Positions 55,060 to 64,000 of a stretch of DNA of 64,000 nt are shown here, piece after piece (positions within the stretch are counted from its first letter, which is position 1; each line of letters starts with the position of its first letter). The translations under genes and the position numbers were made by a program. The notes under the pieces were generated by a model. The model ran no database searches, was not told the origin of the DNA, and saw only the letters and a list, made by a program, of their open reading frames with translations. Origin of the DNA: an uncultured Lentisphaerales bacterium (GTDB lineage Bacteria > Verrucomicrobiota > Lentisphaeria > JABSQK01 > UBA12247); assembly GCA_943788985.1 (NCBI GenBank), contig CALSSJ010000010.1, positions 64,001 to 128,000 of the forward strand. Reading direction: 5' to 3'.

Positions 55060-56373
55060 ATGCGTGGCAAGGAGTACTTTGCCGTGATGGATTGCATCTG
55101 TCACAACTTCTATTTCTCCCGGCCTTTGCGCAGCGACTGGGCACACTGGTGCTGGGAATTTGGCGAGCGCTACGCCGAGACCTTCAAACTCTCGATCGAT
55201 CGCTACGATTTCACGCCCTATGATCACCATCCGGGCGGCAAAAACCAGGACGAGATCGACGACGCGCTGCGCGAGGACCTCGCCGCCGAACGTGTCATGA
55301 CCTTGGTCATGTGCTCGGACGACGCCGGTCGCGACGAGGAGGGGGGCGAGACCTTCGCCTTCAGCGTCGCAGACCTTCGCCACAGCCACGGCTACGGGCA
55401 GATCTACCTCCAAGTTGCGAAGTCCGCATACCCAGTAGGGCAGGCCGCTCGCGACACGATCCGCGCCATCCTCGACGACCTTACCACCATGTTTCAGGTG
55501 GATTACGGCTTCGTCGACCAACTCCCCGCGAACGAACGCCCGCGCTACTACTACAGCGGCATCGGCCTGCGTTCGTTCTCCGAGAACGCCGAGCGCGACT
55601 TCCTCGAATGGGACGTGCAGGCGCCATACTTTCGCAACCTCTACCGCTCCGTCACCTGGGGCACCTGGCTGACGCCCGGACATTGGGGCGCAAGCGTTGC
55701 GCCGGATACGATCCTCGCCGACCTGTCGGCCACGGGCGCGCAGGGATTCATCCCTGGGACCTATCCCGGCGTCTTCATCGGAGCCGCCGGTGAAATTATG
55801 AGCAGTGCGGACCCCGCATTTGGCGCCTTTGGTGAGCGTCTCGCTGCCGCGCTGAAGACACTCAACATTCACAGCATGCACACCTACCAGCCGAGCGAGG
55901 ATACGCTCTTTGCGGTCGCTCCGCATCCGGTCATCGACCGCGGACAGACCGAGCCAGAACCGGCACCGGTCTTCGAGGAAGAAATGCCGATGATCCCCAG
56001 CGACGACGATGGCCCCGTCACCTCCGTGATGACGCTCGAAGCATTCTTCCATCCAGCCCAAGACGAGAGCGCGATCGGGCGCAGCCTGCTCGATCACCCG
56101 GGTCTCGAGGCCTTCGCTGACACATTTCGCGAACTCCGCAGAGACAAATCCGTGTCCGATGTCGTCATTCAAATCTCGAATGATGATCCGGACGACGAAC
56201 GCGACCTCGCAGAATGGGTCTACATCACCACCTCGCACGACCAAGACGTCCTCGAAGACAGGCTGGCAGATCTGCAGCCAGATGTCATCCACCAAGGCCT
56301 GCCGCCGGGAGCTCCAGACGGATTTCCGCCGCCACCGACGGGAATGGAGATTTTCGCGGTCTGGTGGGACTGA
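55060..56373 (+). CDS. Hypothetical acidic two-domain protein
   Basis: 437-aa ORF with typical codon bias and a Pro/Glu linker; ends in VWWD. Confidence 0.7.
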   Translation: MRGKEYFAVMDCICHNFYFSRPLRSDWAHWCWEFGERYAETFKLSIDRYDFTPYDHHPGGKNQDEIDDALREDLAAERVMTLVMCSDDAGRDEEGGETFAFSVADLRHSHGYGQIYLQVAKSAYPVGQAARDTIRAILDDLTTMFQVDYGFVDQLPANERPRYYYSGIGLRSFSENAERDFLEWDVQAPYFRNLYRSVTWGTWLTPGHWGASVAPDTILADLSATGAQGFIPGTYPGVFIGAAGEIMSSADPAFGAFGERLAAALKTLNIHSMHTYQPSEDTLFAVAPHPVIDRGQTEPEPAPVFEEEMPMIPSDDDGPVTSVMTLEAFFHPAQDESAIGRSLLDHPGLEAFADTFRELRRDKSVSDVVIQISNDDPDDERDLAEWVYITTSHDQDVLEDRLADLQPDVIHQGLPPGAPDGFPPPPTGMEIFAVWWD

Positions 56374-56418
56374 ACCTTTTTATCATAAAGAAAATATAGA
56401 AAACGACCTGGAGACACG

Positions 56419-57858
56419 ATGAGCCAACAGCAACGCGCCACGTATGAAAACCCTCTGGTTGGCCGCTATGCCAGCAAGGAAATGAGCTTTGTCTGGTCCC
56501 CACAGAAAAAGTTCAGCACCTGGCGTCACCTCTGGATCGCGCTCGCCCAGGCCGAGCAAGAGCTTGGCCAGGATATCAGTGATGAGCAATTGGCGCAGAT
56601 GCGCGAGTTTGCCGATACCATCAATTTCGATGTGGCCGAGGAAGAAGAGCGCGTTCGCCGCCATGATGTCATGAGCCATGTCCATGCCTTTGGCGTGCAA
56701 TGCCCAGCCGCGAAGCCCATTATTCACCTTGGTGCCACCAGCTGCTACGTCACCGACAATACCGAGCTAATCCAGATTCGGGCAGCCTTGGAGCTGACCT
56801 CTGTCTCCTTGCTCAAGCTGATCCGGGCACTCCGCGACTTCGCGGTCACGCATCGGGCGCAGGCCACCTTGGGCTTCACCCACTACCAGCCAGCCCAGCT
56901 TACCACCGTCGGCAAGCGCGCCTGTCTCTGGCTGCACGACTTCGTCCTCGACTACGAAGAGCTGCAGCACTTGCTGTCACAGTTCCCGTTTCGCGGCGTC
57001 AAGGGAACCACCGGCACCCAAGCCAGCTTTCTCGAGCTCTTCAACGGCGACCACCAGGCCGTCAGCGCGCTGGATCGCCGCGTCACAGAGTTGATGGGCT
57101 TCAAGCGGTCGCTGCCAATCTGCGGGCAGACCTACACCCGCAAGATCGACACCATGGTGCTCAACGTCCTCGCCGGAATCGCCTCCAGCGCACACAAGAT
57201 GGCTACCGATATTCGCCTGTTGATGAACCTCAAGGAAGCGGATGAACCCTTTGCCGAGAAGCAGATCGGCTCCAGCGCCATGGCCTATAAGCGCAACCCA
57301 ATGCGCAGCGAGCGCGTCTGCTCCATCGCTCGCTACGTCATGACCCTGCCCAACACCGCCGCTGGCACCCATTCCACGCAGTGGTTCGAGCGCACCCTCG
57401 ACGATTCGGCCAACCGCCGCATCATCCTGCCCGAGGGCTTCCTCGGCACCGATGCGATCCTCGCCATCTCGACCAATGTTGCCTCCGGCATGAGAATCTG
57501 GCCGCTTGTGATCGAACGCCGGATCCAGGAAGAACTCCCGTTCATGGCCACCGAGAACATCATGATGGCCTGCGTCAAGGCAGGCGGGGATCGCCAGGAA
57601 CTACACGAAGTCATCCGTCTCCATGCGGTCGCGGCCGCGAATCGCGTCAAAGAGGAAGGCGTCGAGAACGATCTGCTCGATCGCGTGCGGACTGATTCGC
57701 GTTTCACTGCGATTCATGATACCCTCGACAGCATGCTTGATCCGTCTGGTTTTGTCGGCCGGGCTCCTGAGCAAGTCGATGACTTTGTCGAACAAGTCGT
57801 CGATCCGATTCTTACCAACCTGTCGGATGACAGCAGCGCTGCTGATCTGCAGGTCTGA
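56419..57858 (+). CDS. purB: Adenylosuccinate lyase
   Basis: RHDVMSH, IHLGATS, TH.QPAQ and the fumarate-lyase signature GSSAMAYKRNP. Confidence 0.96.
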   Translation: MSQQQRATYENPLVGRYASKEMSFVWSPQKKFSTWRHLWIALAQAEQELGQDISDEQLAQMREFADTINFDVAEEEERVRRHDVMSHVHAFGVQCPAAKPIIHLGATSCYVTDNTELIQIRAALELTSVSLLKLIRALRDFAVTHRAQATLGFTHYQPAQLTTVGKRACLWLHDFVLDYEELQHLLSQFPFRGVKGTTGTQASFLELFNGDHQAVSALDRRVTELMGFKRSLPICGQTYTRKIDTMVLNVLAGIASSAHKMATDIRLLMNLKEADEPFAEKQIGSSAMAYKRNPMRSERVCSIARYVMTLPNTAAGTHSTQWFERTLDDSANRRIILPEGFLGTDAILAISTNVASGMRIWPLVIERRIQEELPFMATENIMMACVKAGGDRQELHEVIRLHAVAAANRVKEEGVENDLLDRVRTDSRFTAIHDTLDSMLDPSGFVGRAPEQVDDFVEQVVDPILTNLSDDSSAADLQV

Positions 57859-57886
57859 CCAGTCCCATCCCCAAGAGGCCAATTCC

Positions 57887-58237
57887 ATGGCTAAGCTACT
57901 TTGTTTGATCACGTTGGCCGCAGCCCTCGCCAGCTGCAACATGCTGCGCATGCCCACGATGGGGCCTAAGGATGAGCAATCCTCATTCCGCCAGGTGACT
58001 GCGCTGCATGACAGCGGAAAGTACGCTAAGGCCTTGGTGGCGCTCGACGCCTTCGCTGCAGAGTACCCAGCCACGCCAATGGAATCTGCCGCCATCTACT
58101 ACCGGGCGTCATGCCTGGTCGGCACCGGCGACGAAGCGCAGGCCCGCGAGTTGTTTATCAAGCTCGCGACCGGCCGGGCCGGACCGTGGAAGGGCAATGC
58201 TGCCATTCGACTGCACCAACTCGACGAGAAAAAATAG
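57887..58237 (+). CDS. Small TPR lipoprotein (BamD/YbgF-like)
   Basis: LASC lipobox; YAKAL...YP...AIYYRA. Confidence 0.7.
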   Translation: MAKLLCLITLAAALASCNMLRMPTMGPKDEQSSFRQVTALHDSGKYAKALVALDAFAAEYPATPMESAAIYYRASCLVGTGDEAQARELFIKLATGRAGPWKGNAAIRLHQLDEKK

Positions 58238-58238
58238 G

Positions 58239-59543
58239 ATGAAGCTGGCACCTCTCCTTGCGATCTTCGCAGCAGTCTGGTGCGGTGCCCAGGCACCGGC
58301 ACCAATCCTCTCCGCCAACCCTCCCATGGAGGCGCTGAGTCTTGCGGATGCCAAGCGCGAAGCAGTCACCAACAGCCCCACGTTGGCCGCGCTAAGGGCC
58401 CGCGTATCTGCTGCCTCAGCCGTCTGGCGTCAGGCCCGTGCCAGCCAGGCTCCGACGCTCTCTGCCTCCTATGCCGCCAGCCGCTTGCAGCACCAGCCCA
58501 CAGGCGGCTTCTCGACAGGCGGGCCGGAGAGTGCCACCTCACTCGCTCTCGACCTCGAATACCTGCTCTACGACGGCGGTGCCAGAAAGCACCAAATCAG
58601 CGCGACCGAGCACGATCACCTAGCTGAAGAACTCAGCCTCCAGGAAGGGCTGCGCGGCCTGCGGTTTGCCGTCGCCCGGGCCTACCTCGGCATCCTGCTC
58701 GCGGAAGCCCGCGGCCAAGTTGCTCACGCCGAGCAGGAGATCAACGCCATCTTCCTGCGCGATGTCGAAGTGCGGGCCAAGCTCGGTGCCGCTGCCCGGA
58801 CCGACGCCCTGAACTTTCAGCTGCGGATCAACAACGCCAAGCTTCGCGTGCGCAATGCCGTCCGCGATGCCCACGTAAACCGCTTCACCCTGCTCGCGCT
58901 CATGGGCCGCGCTGGCGACAGCCACCTCGCCGTCCAGCAGGTTCCGATACAGCCGCTGAACCTCGAGCTGCCCGAGGCACGGCGCCAAGCCATGCAGCAG
59001 CGCCCTGACCTCGAGCAACTTCGTGAGCAATTGCGCGCTGCCAAGGCCCGCGTGCTCGCGGCTGGCGCCGCCTTCAAACCCACAGTCACGCTCTCCGCCC
59101 AGGCGGGCTTCAGCGGCGACCGCCTGCTGGATTTCCGTGAAGACAGCTTTGGCACCAACGCTACAGCCGCTGCCCGCTGGCAGCTGGTCGACGGCGGAGC
59201 CCGCGACGCTGGCGTCGATGCCGCCATGGCCAGCGTCGAAGCCGCAGACTCGCTGTTGACTGAACGCTGGCAAACAGTGATTCGCGAAGTCCGCCAAGCG
59301 CTTGAAGAACACCGCAGCACCATCGATAAACTCACGCTCTATCGCGAAAACGTCAGCCTCAGCCGCACTCAGGTGGGTGACACCAAGACCCGCTACAATG
59401 CCGGGGTTGAGACCCTCACCCGCGTCAACGAAGTGCTCACCGAGCTGTCTATTGCCGAGGGCAACCTCGCCGCAGGCGAGATCGCAGTCTCGCTCGCGTG
59501 GGAGAACGTGCATTACGTGCTGAACACGCCCTCCGCCGAATAG
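58239..59543 (+). CDS. TolC family outer-membrane efflux protein
   Basis: LSLADA...NSP, LLYDGGAR, VARAY, QRPDL and RYNAG. Confidence 0.88.
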   Translation: MKLAPLLAIFAAVWCGAQAPAPILSANPPMEALSLADAKREAVTNSPTLAALRARVSAASAVWRQARASQAPTLSASYAASRLQHQPTGGFSTGGPESATSLALDLEYLLYDGGARKHQISATEHDHLAEELSLQEGLRGLRFAVARAYLGILLAEARGQVAHAEQEINAIFLRDVEVRAKLGAAARTDALNFQLRINNAKLRVRNAVRDAHVNRFTLLALMGRAGDSHLAVQQVPIQPLNLELPEARRQAMQQRPDLEQLREQLRAAKARVLAAGAAFKPTVTLSAQAGFSGDRLLDFREDSFGTNATAAARWQLVDGGARDAGVDAAMASVEAADSLLTERWQTVIREVRQALEEHRSTIDKLTLYRENVSLSRTQVGDTKTRYNAGVETLTRVNEVLTELSIAEGNLAAGEIAVSLAWENVHYVLNTPSAE

Positions 59544-59557
59544 CGCCCCCGTCCCCG

Positions 59558-60346
59558 ATGCCCGACCAGCCCGAGCGACTATCTACGCTGCACACGCTCA
59601 GGCGCGGCGTCAGCGATTTTAAAATCGCCCACCGTCTGGTCTGGGACCAGAAAATCTGGCGCATGCTGGTAGTTCCGGGGCTACTTAGCGTCCTCTACTG
59701 GCCCGCCGCATTCTATCTGACCTACCGCGGCCTACACCTCGCCACCGACTTCTGGATTGGCCGTACCGAGTCACGCTGGCTGGTGATTACCGGCGTGATC
59801 GTCCTCGGACTGATTCTGGGTGGGTCCATGCTAGCCGGCGCCATCCTGCTGCATCGCGCCTTCATCATGACCGTCTGCGCGCCCATCTGGGGGCCCGTCT
59901 CCGAACTTGCCGAGCGTGCCCTCCTCGGCACAACCGGCCCACCGCTATCCATCCGCCAGATGGCCCGTGACATTCGCCGGGCCATCTTCGTCACCACGAT
60001 CCTGGTTGCGCTCTCCGCATTCATCTTCATCGGCTGCTGGGTGCTCACCTTTGTCCCGATCGTCCAGGTCGCCGCCATCGTCTTTCTGCCGTTTGCCCAG
60101 ATGTTCCTGGCTGGCGCTGGCTTTGTCGATCCCGTGCTCGAGCGCCGCAAGCTGTCCGTCCGCGAAACCTTTCACTACATCTGGGCGCACCGCTGGCGAA
60201 TGGTCGGCAACGGCTGTGGCTACACCTTGCTGCTGCTATTTCCGATCGTCGGCTGGTTCCTGGCCCCTGGCTACGCCGTCGTTGCCGCCACAGTCGGCGC
60301 CGTCCGCGACGAACAGCCCGGTGAAACCTTGCCCGAGCTACAGTGA
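59558..60346 (+). CDS. EI24/CysZ-like membrane protein
   Basis: AP..GPVSE..E, FVDPVLERR and LFPIVG...AVVAAT. Confidence 0.8.
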   Translation: MPDQPERLSTLHTLRRGVSDFKIAHRLVWDQKIWRMLVVPGLLSVLYWPAAFYLTYRGLHLATDFWIGRTESRWLVITGVIVLGLILGGSMLAGAILLHRAFIMTVCAPIWGPVSELAERALLGTTGPPLSIRQMARDIRRAIFVTTILVALSAFIFIGCWVLTFVPIVQVAAIVFLPFAQMFLAGAGFVDPVLERRKLSVRETFHYIWAHRWRMVGNGCGYTLLLLFPIVGWFLAPGYAVVAATVGAVRDEQPGETLPELQ

Positions 60347-61224
60347 GTGCCGCCCCGCGCATCTGGCTCTTTGGTGCCACCAGCATGGTTGGCTGGAGCG
60401 TGTACCAAGCCGACCCCACCGCGATTCGCCCCTTCTGCAACCGTCACGTAAAACATCCGAAATGCGCAGACTGGACGCGCATTCAGATCGACAGCCTGCC
60501 TCACCTCGAAGCCCTCTTTGCCACCGGCAAGCCAGACATCCTGATCCACTGCGGCGGGGTTTGCGGAGTTCGCAAATGCGAGGAAAGCATGGACTGGGCC
60601 TGGCGGGTCAATGTGCTCAGCATGGCCGCGATTCTCGTCGCCTTGCCCACCAGCGTACGCCTGGTCTACGTCTCGTCCGATCATGTCTTCGGCCACGCCG
60701 AATCCCCGTGTCTGGAGCAAACCACCCCCACGCCCATCAGCCACTATGGTCGCACCCGCGTGGCGGCCGAAGAGCTGCTGCGTGAAGCCCGGCCCGACGG
60801 CCTGATTCTCCGCGTACCGCTCGGTGTCGGCCCCTCAATCGACGGACGCACTGGGCACCTGGACTGGTTGCAATACCGACACGGCCGCGGCTTGCCGATC
60901 ACCGTGATCAAGGACGAGGTCCGCGCCGTAGTCAGCGCCCCCGCGCTCGGCCGCCGCATTCTCGACTACGCGCATTCTTCCATCACCGGTACCCGCCACA
61001 TAACCGGCCCCACCATGGATCGCGTCGAGCTGGCGCAGAAACTCTGCGAGGCAATTCCGCTTTCGGCAGAGATCAAAGTCGAGAGCCGCCACGCCCAGTG
61101 CTACCCGCACCTGGGCACCGTCCGACTGGAGACGTCCTTCACAGACGCGCTGGCCGAGCCCCTCCCGCTACCAGAGTTGCTTACTGGGAGCGCCGGTTTT
61201 AACCGGCCCCACCACGCCCGATGA
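60343..61224 (+). CDS. RmlD-like sugar-nucleotide reductase (SDR)
   Basis: FGATSMVG, YVSSDHVF and PISHYGRTR. Its stop codon lies inside the first repeat unit. Confidence 0.82.
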   Translation: MSAAPRIWLFGATSMVGWSVYQADPTAIRPFCNRHVKHPKCADWTRIQIDSLPHLEALFATGKPDILIHCGGVCGVRKCEESMDWAWRVNVLSMAAILVALPTSVRLVYVSSDHVFGHAESPCLEQTTPTPISHYGRTRVAAEELLREARPDGLILRVPLGVGPSIDGRTGHLDWLQYRHGRGLPITVIKDEVRAVVSAPALGRRILDYAHSSITGTRHITGPTMDRVELAQKLCEAIPLSAEIKVESRHAQCYPHLGTVRLETSFTDALAEPLPLPELLTGSAGFNRPHHAR

Positions 61225-62090
61225 CGCCATGACTGGGCTGACTTGGTGACAATGCGACTGCTAGCCGGGCGTCATCGGGTCATGGCGTCGTCGGGAGTCA
61301 TGGCGTCACCAAGTCACCAAGTCCTATTCCATCACGCCCCAGGCGTGAGTGCTGGCGGGTGCAGCAGGACTTGGTGACTCGATGACTTGGTGACGCCCGA
61401 TGACGCCATGACTGGGCTGACTTGGTGACAATGCGACTGCTAGCCGGGCGTCATCGGGTCATGGCGTCGTCGGGAGTCATGGCGTCACCAAGTCACCAAG
61501 TCCTATTCCATCACGCCCCAGGCGTGAGTGCTGGCATAAGGGCAGGACTTGGTGACTCGTGACTTGGTGACGCCCGATGACGCCATGACTGGGCTGACTT
61601 GGTGACAATGCGACTGCTAGCCGGGCGTCATCGGGTCATGGCGTCGTCGGGAGTCATGGCGTCAACAAGTCACCAAGTCCTATTCCATCACGCCCCAGGC
61701 GTGAGTGCTGGCGGGTGCAGCAGGACTTGGTGACTCGATGACTTGGTGACGCCCGATGACGCCATGACTGGGCTGACTTGGTGACAATGCGACTGCTAGC
61801 CGGGCGTCATCGGGTCATGGCGTCGTCGGGAGTCATGGCGTCAACAAGTCACCAAGTCCTATTCCATCACGCCCCAGGCGTGAGTGCTGGCATAAGGGCA
61901 GGACTTGAGTGACTTGGTGACGCCCGATGACGCCATGACTGGGCTGACTTGGTGACAATGCGACTGCTAGCCGGGCGTCATTGGGTCATTGCGTCGTCGG
62001 GAGTCATGGCGTCAACAAGTCACCAAGTCCTATTCCATCACGCCCCAGGCGTGAGTGCTGGCATAAGGGCAGGACTTGGTGACTCGGTGA
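61215..62090. repeat. Tandem array of five 171-179-bp internally palindromic units
   Basis: Units start at 61215, 61394, 61571, 61750 and 61921 (cgcccgatgacgccatgactgggctgacttggtgac...). Confidence 0.95.
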
Positions 62091-62175
62091 TTGCTGCAGG
62101 CTCGTCCTATTCCACCACGCGAGCCGTGGTATTGTCCAGCAGTCTGCATGCAAATATATCAGCGAGTCATTTATC

Positions 62176-62895
62176 ATGAGCGGAATTTACCACCAAAGCG
62201 GTGGATATCGTAAGCTGCACTCCTTTAGCTTCGCCACGATCATCCATCTCGGGTGCATTGACTTCTGCAAGCGCTTCATTCACTGGAAGGAAGACTCGCT
62301 GGGTAAGGCAGTGGGCCAGATGGTCGGCGCGTCGCGGTCCGGAAAGCAGAATATCATTGAAGGCTCGGAACGAGCCCGAACCTCTGCTGAGACGGAGATC
62401 AAGCTCACCGATGTGGCAAAGGGAAGTCTCAGTGAGCTGCAGGGAGACTTTGAGGACTATCTGGTCTCGCGCGGCGTAGTGCCTTGGAGCGTTCAGGACC
62501 CAAGTCACACAGCCATCATGGCGCTCCGGCTAGATACATTCGAATACACCGACGACTTGCTGCACGATTACTGGACGTTTCTGCTGTTGCAGAAGGCAAA
62601 GTTCTCGCAGTGGCTGGACAACGAGGATCCTATTGTGGTGGCCAACGCGCTTATCGTACTGATCCAGCGTGCGACGGGCTTGCTTGGGCGCCAACTCAAG
62701 GAGCTAGAGCGCGCCTTCCTTGAGCGCGGCGGCGTTCGCGAGCAGATGACCAAGGCCCGGCAAGAAGCGCGGGCCGAACCAGAGTCCCCGGCCTGCCCAC
62801 AATGCGAGGCGCCAATGCGCAAGCGTAATAGTGCGCGTGGGGACTTTTGGGGATGTAGCACGTATCCCGCGTGCAAAGGCACTCGGCAGGTGTGA
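62176..62895 (+). CDS. Four-helix-bundle protein with suffix domain and topoisomerase-type C4 zinc ribbon
   Basis: GGYRKL, QMVGASRSGKQNIIEGS, KLTDVAKGSLSELQGDFEDYL, F...GG..E.M...R and CPQCEAPM...FWGCSTYPAC. Confidence 0.9.
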   Translation: MSGIYHQSGGYRKLHSFSFATIIHLGCIDFCKRFIHWKEDSLGKAVGQMVGASRSGKQNIIEGSERARTSAETEIKLTDVAKGSLSELQGDFEDYLVSRGVVPWSVQDPSHTAIMALRLDTFEYTDDLLHDYWTFLLLQKAKFSQWLDNEDPIVVANALIVLIQRATGLLGRQLKELERAFLERGGVREQMTKARQEARAEPESPACPQCEAPMRKRNSARGDFWGCSTYPACKGTRQV

Positions 62896-62899
62896 GAGC

Positions 62900-63532
62900 G
62901 CGCGTGACAATGTGTCCTGGCCGGGAGTCACCAAGTCCTGTCCCATCACGCCCCAGGCGTGAGTGCTCGCGGGTCCAGCAGGACTCGGTGACTCGATGAC
63001 TTGGTGACGCCCGATGACGCCCGATGACGTCATGACTGGGCTGACTTGGTGTCAATGCGACTGCGATGCCGTGGCGTCAATCGGGTCATCTGCTAGCCGG
63101 GCGTCATCGGGTCATTGCGTCGTCGGGAGTCATGGCGTCAGCAAGTCACCGAGTCCTGTTCCATCACGCCCCAGGCGTGAGTGCTCGCGGGTCCAGCAGG
63201 ACTCGGTGACTCGATGACTTGGTGACGCCCGACGACATCATGACTGAGATGACGCCGTGGTGGTGTGACTTCCTGTCGGCCGTCATCATGTCATCGCGTC
63301 GTCGGGCGTCATGGCGTCAGCAAGTCACCAAGTCCTGTCCCATCACGCCCCAGGCGTGAGTTCTCGCGGGTGCAGCAGGACTCGGTGACTCGATGACTTG
63401 GTGACGCCCGGCGACATCATGACTCGGCTGACGCAGTGACAATGTGTCCTGGCTGGGAGTCATCAGGTCGTCGGGAGTCACGGCGTCACCAAGTCCTGTT
63501 CCATCACGCCCCAGGCGTGAGTGCTCGCGGGT
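62900..63532. repeat. Mosaic, diverged copies of the same repeat family
   Basis: Four copies of ccatcacgccccaggcgtgagt (near 62943, 63161, 63340 and 63501) with gacttggtgac/gtcaccaagtc arms. Confidence 0.9.
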
Positions 63533-63622
63533 GGATAGTGTTATAATGACACGGCGCCAACGCACCGGCCGCGAGTCGTAGGATTGTCCGTGTTCTCTCC
63601 ACCAACCGAGCCAAAGTCTGAT

Positions 63623-64000
63623 ATGCAACGCACTACCTACGGTTACATCGCCACCTTTCTTATGGACTTCACCGTTGGCGGGGCCATTCTCGGCATCGGT
63701 TTTCATCTGCGGGCACTTGGCTACGGTCCCTTGCAGATTGGCTTCACCTTATCTGCCGGCATGCTTTGCTATTTCATCGCCTGTACGATCCTGGCTCGGT
63801 ACTATCCGGAGCGTGACCCCTTTAAGGCGATCGTTGGCGGGCTCATTCTCAACTGCATCAGCTTGCCGCTCCTATTTGTCGTCAATACCATCCCGGGATT
63901 CCTCTTCTTCACAGCGTTGAATGCGACCGGGATGGCGATGTATTTCGCCAGTATGCAGGCATGGATGACGGTCAATTTCTCGCGTGACGCCATGAACACC
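63623..64000 (+). CDS. MFS-type transporter, 3'-truncated by the window edge
   Basis: Manually translated open frame MQRTTYGYIATFLMDFTVGGAILG...GPLQIG... with successive TM helices. Confidence 0.65.
   Translation, partial: MQRTTYGYIATFLMDFTVGGAILGIGFHLRALGYGPLQIGFTLSAGMLCYFIACTILARYYPERDPFKAIVGGLILNCISLPLLFVVNTIPGFLFFTALNATGMAMYFASMQAWMTVNFSRDAMNT

Noticed and set aside
54931..56295. Long antisense ORFs (also 46788..47663, 27827..28588, 58620..59513 and others)
   Set aside because: Shadow frames of GC-rich genes, with no recognisable motifs.
62176..62895. Diversity-generating retroelement (Avd-like fold)
   Set aside because: No reverse transcriptase in the window and no TR/VR pair with adenine-specific differences.
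61215..63532. CRISPR array
   Set aside because: Units are ~178 bp and near-identical throughout, with no unique spacers and no cas genes.

Overview
GC-rich bacterial chromosomal window. Gene content (DUF58/BatA-VWA genes, prenyltransferase-repeat protein, FmdB zinc ribbon) suggests a PVC-superphylum organism, possibly Lentisphaerota; this is an inference. Housekeeping genes include asnB, tRNA-Arg(ACG) and tRNA-Phe(GAA), miaB, a yceD-plsX-fabH-fabG-bioD-hemW cluster, rlmI, htpG and purB. Accessory segments include a decayed FadL/IS256 zone, an SNF2 helicase pair, and a VapBC-WYL island bounded by a duplicated gene 3' end. Three signals stand out. (1) A winged-helix gene is translationally coupled to a divergent tubulin/FtsZ-family GTPase and preceded by an AT-rich array of 10-bp phased repeats, i.e. 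a TubZRC-like module in a chromosomal context (8.8-10.4 kb). (2) A 15-bp palindrome, TTGCGRASTYCGCAA, occurs about 30 times with a perfect 13-bp core (manual count), inside coding sequences and in different reading frames. (3) A family of ~178-bp hairpin-forming repeats surrounds a four-helix-bundle/zinc-ribbon gene, with a solo inverted copy 57 kb away. Several single-base frameshifts, mostly at short homopolymers (e.g. in htpG), suggest assembly indel errors. All calls are from motif recognition by eye; no searches were run.
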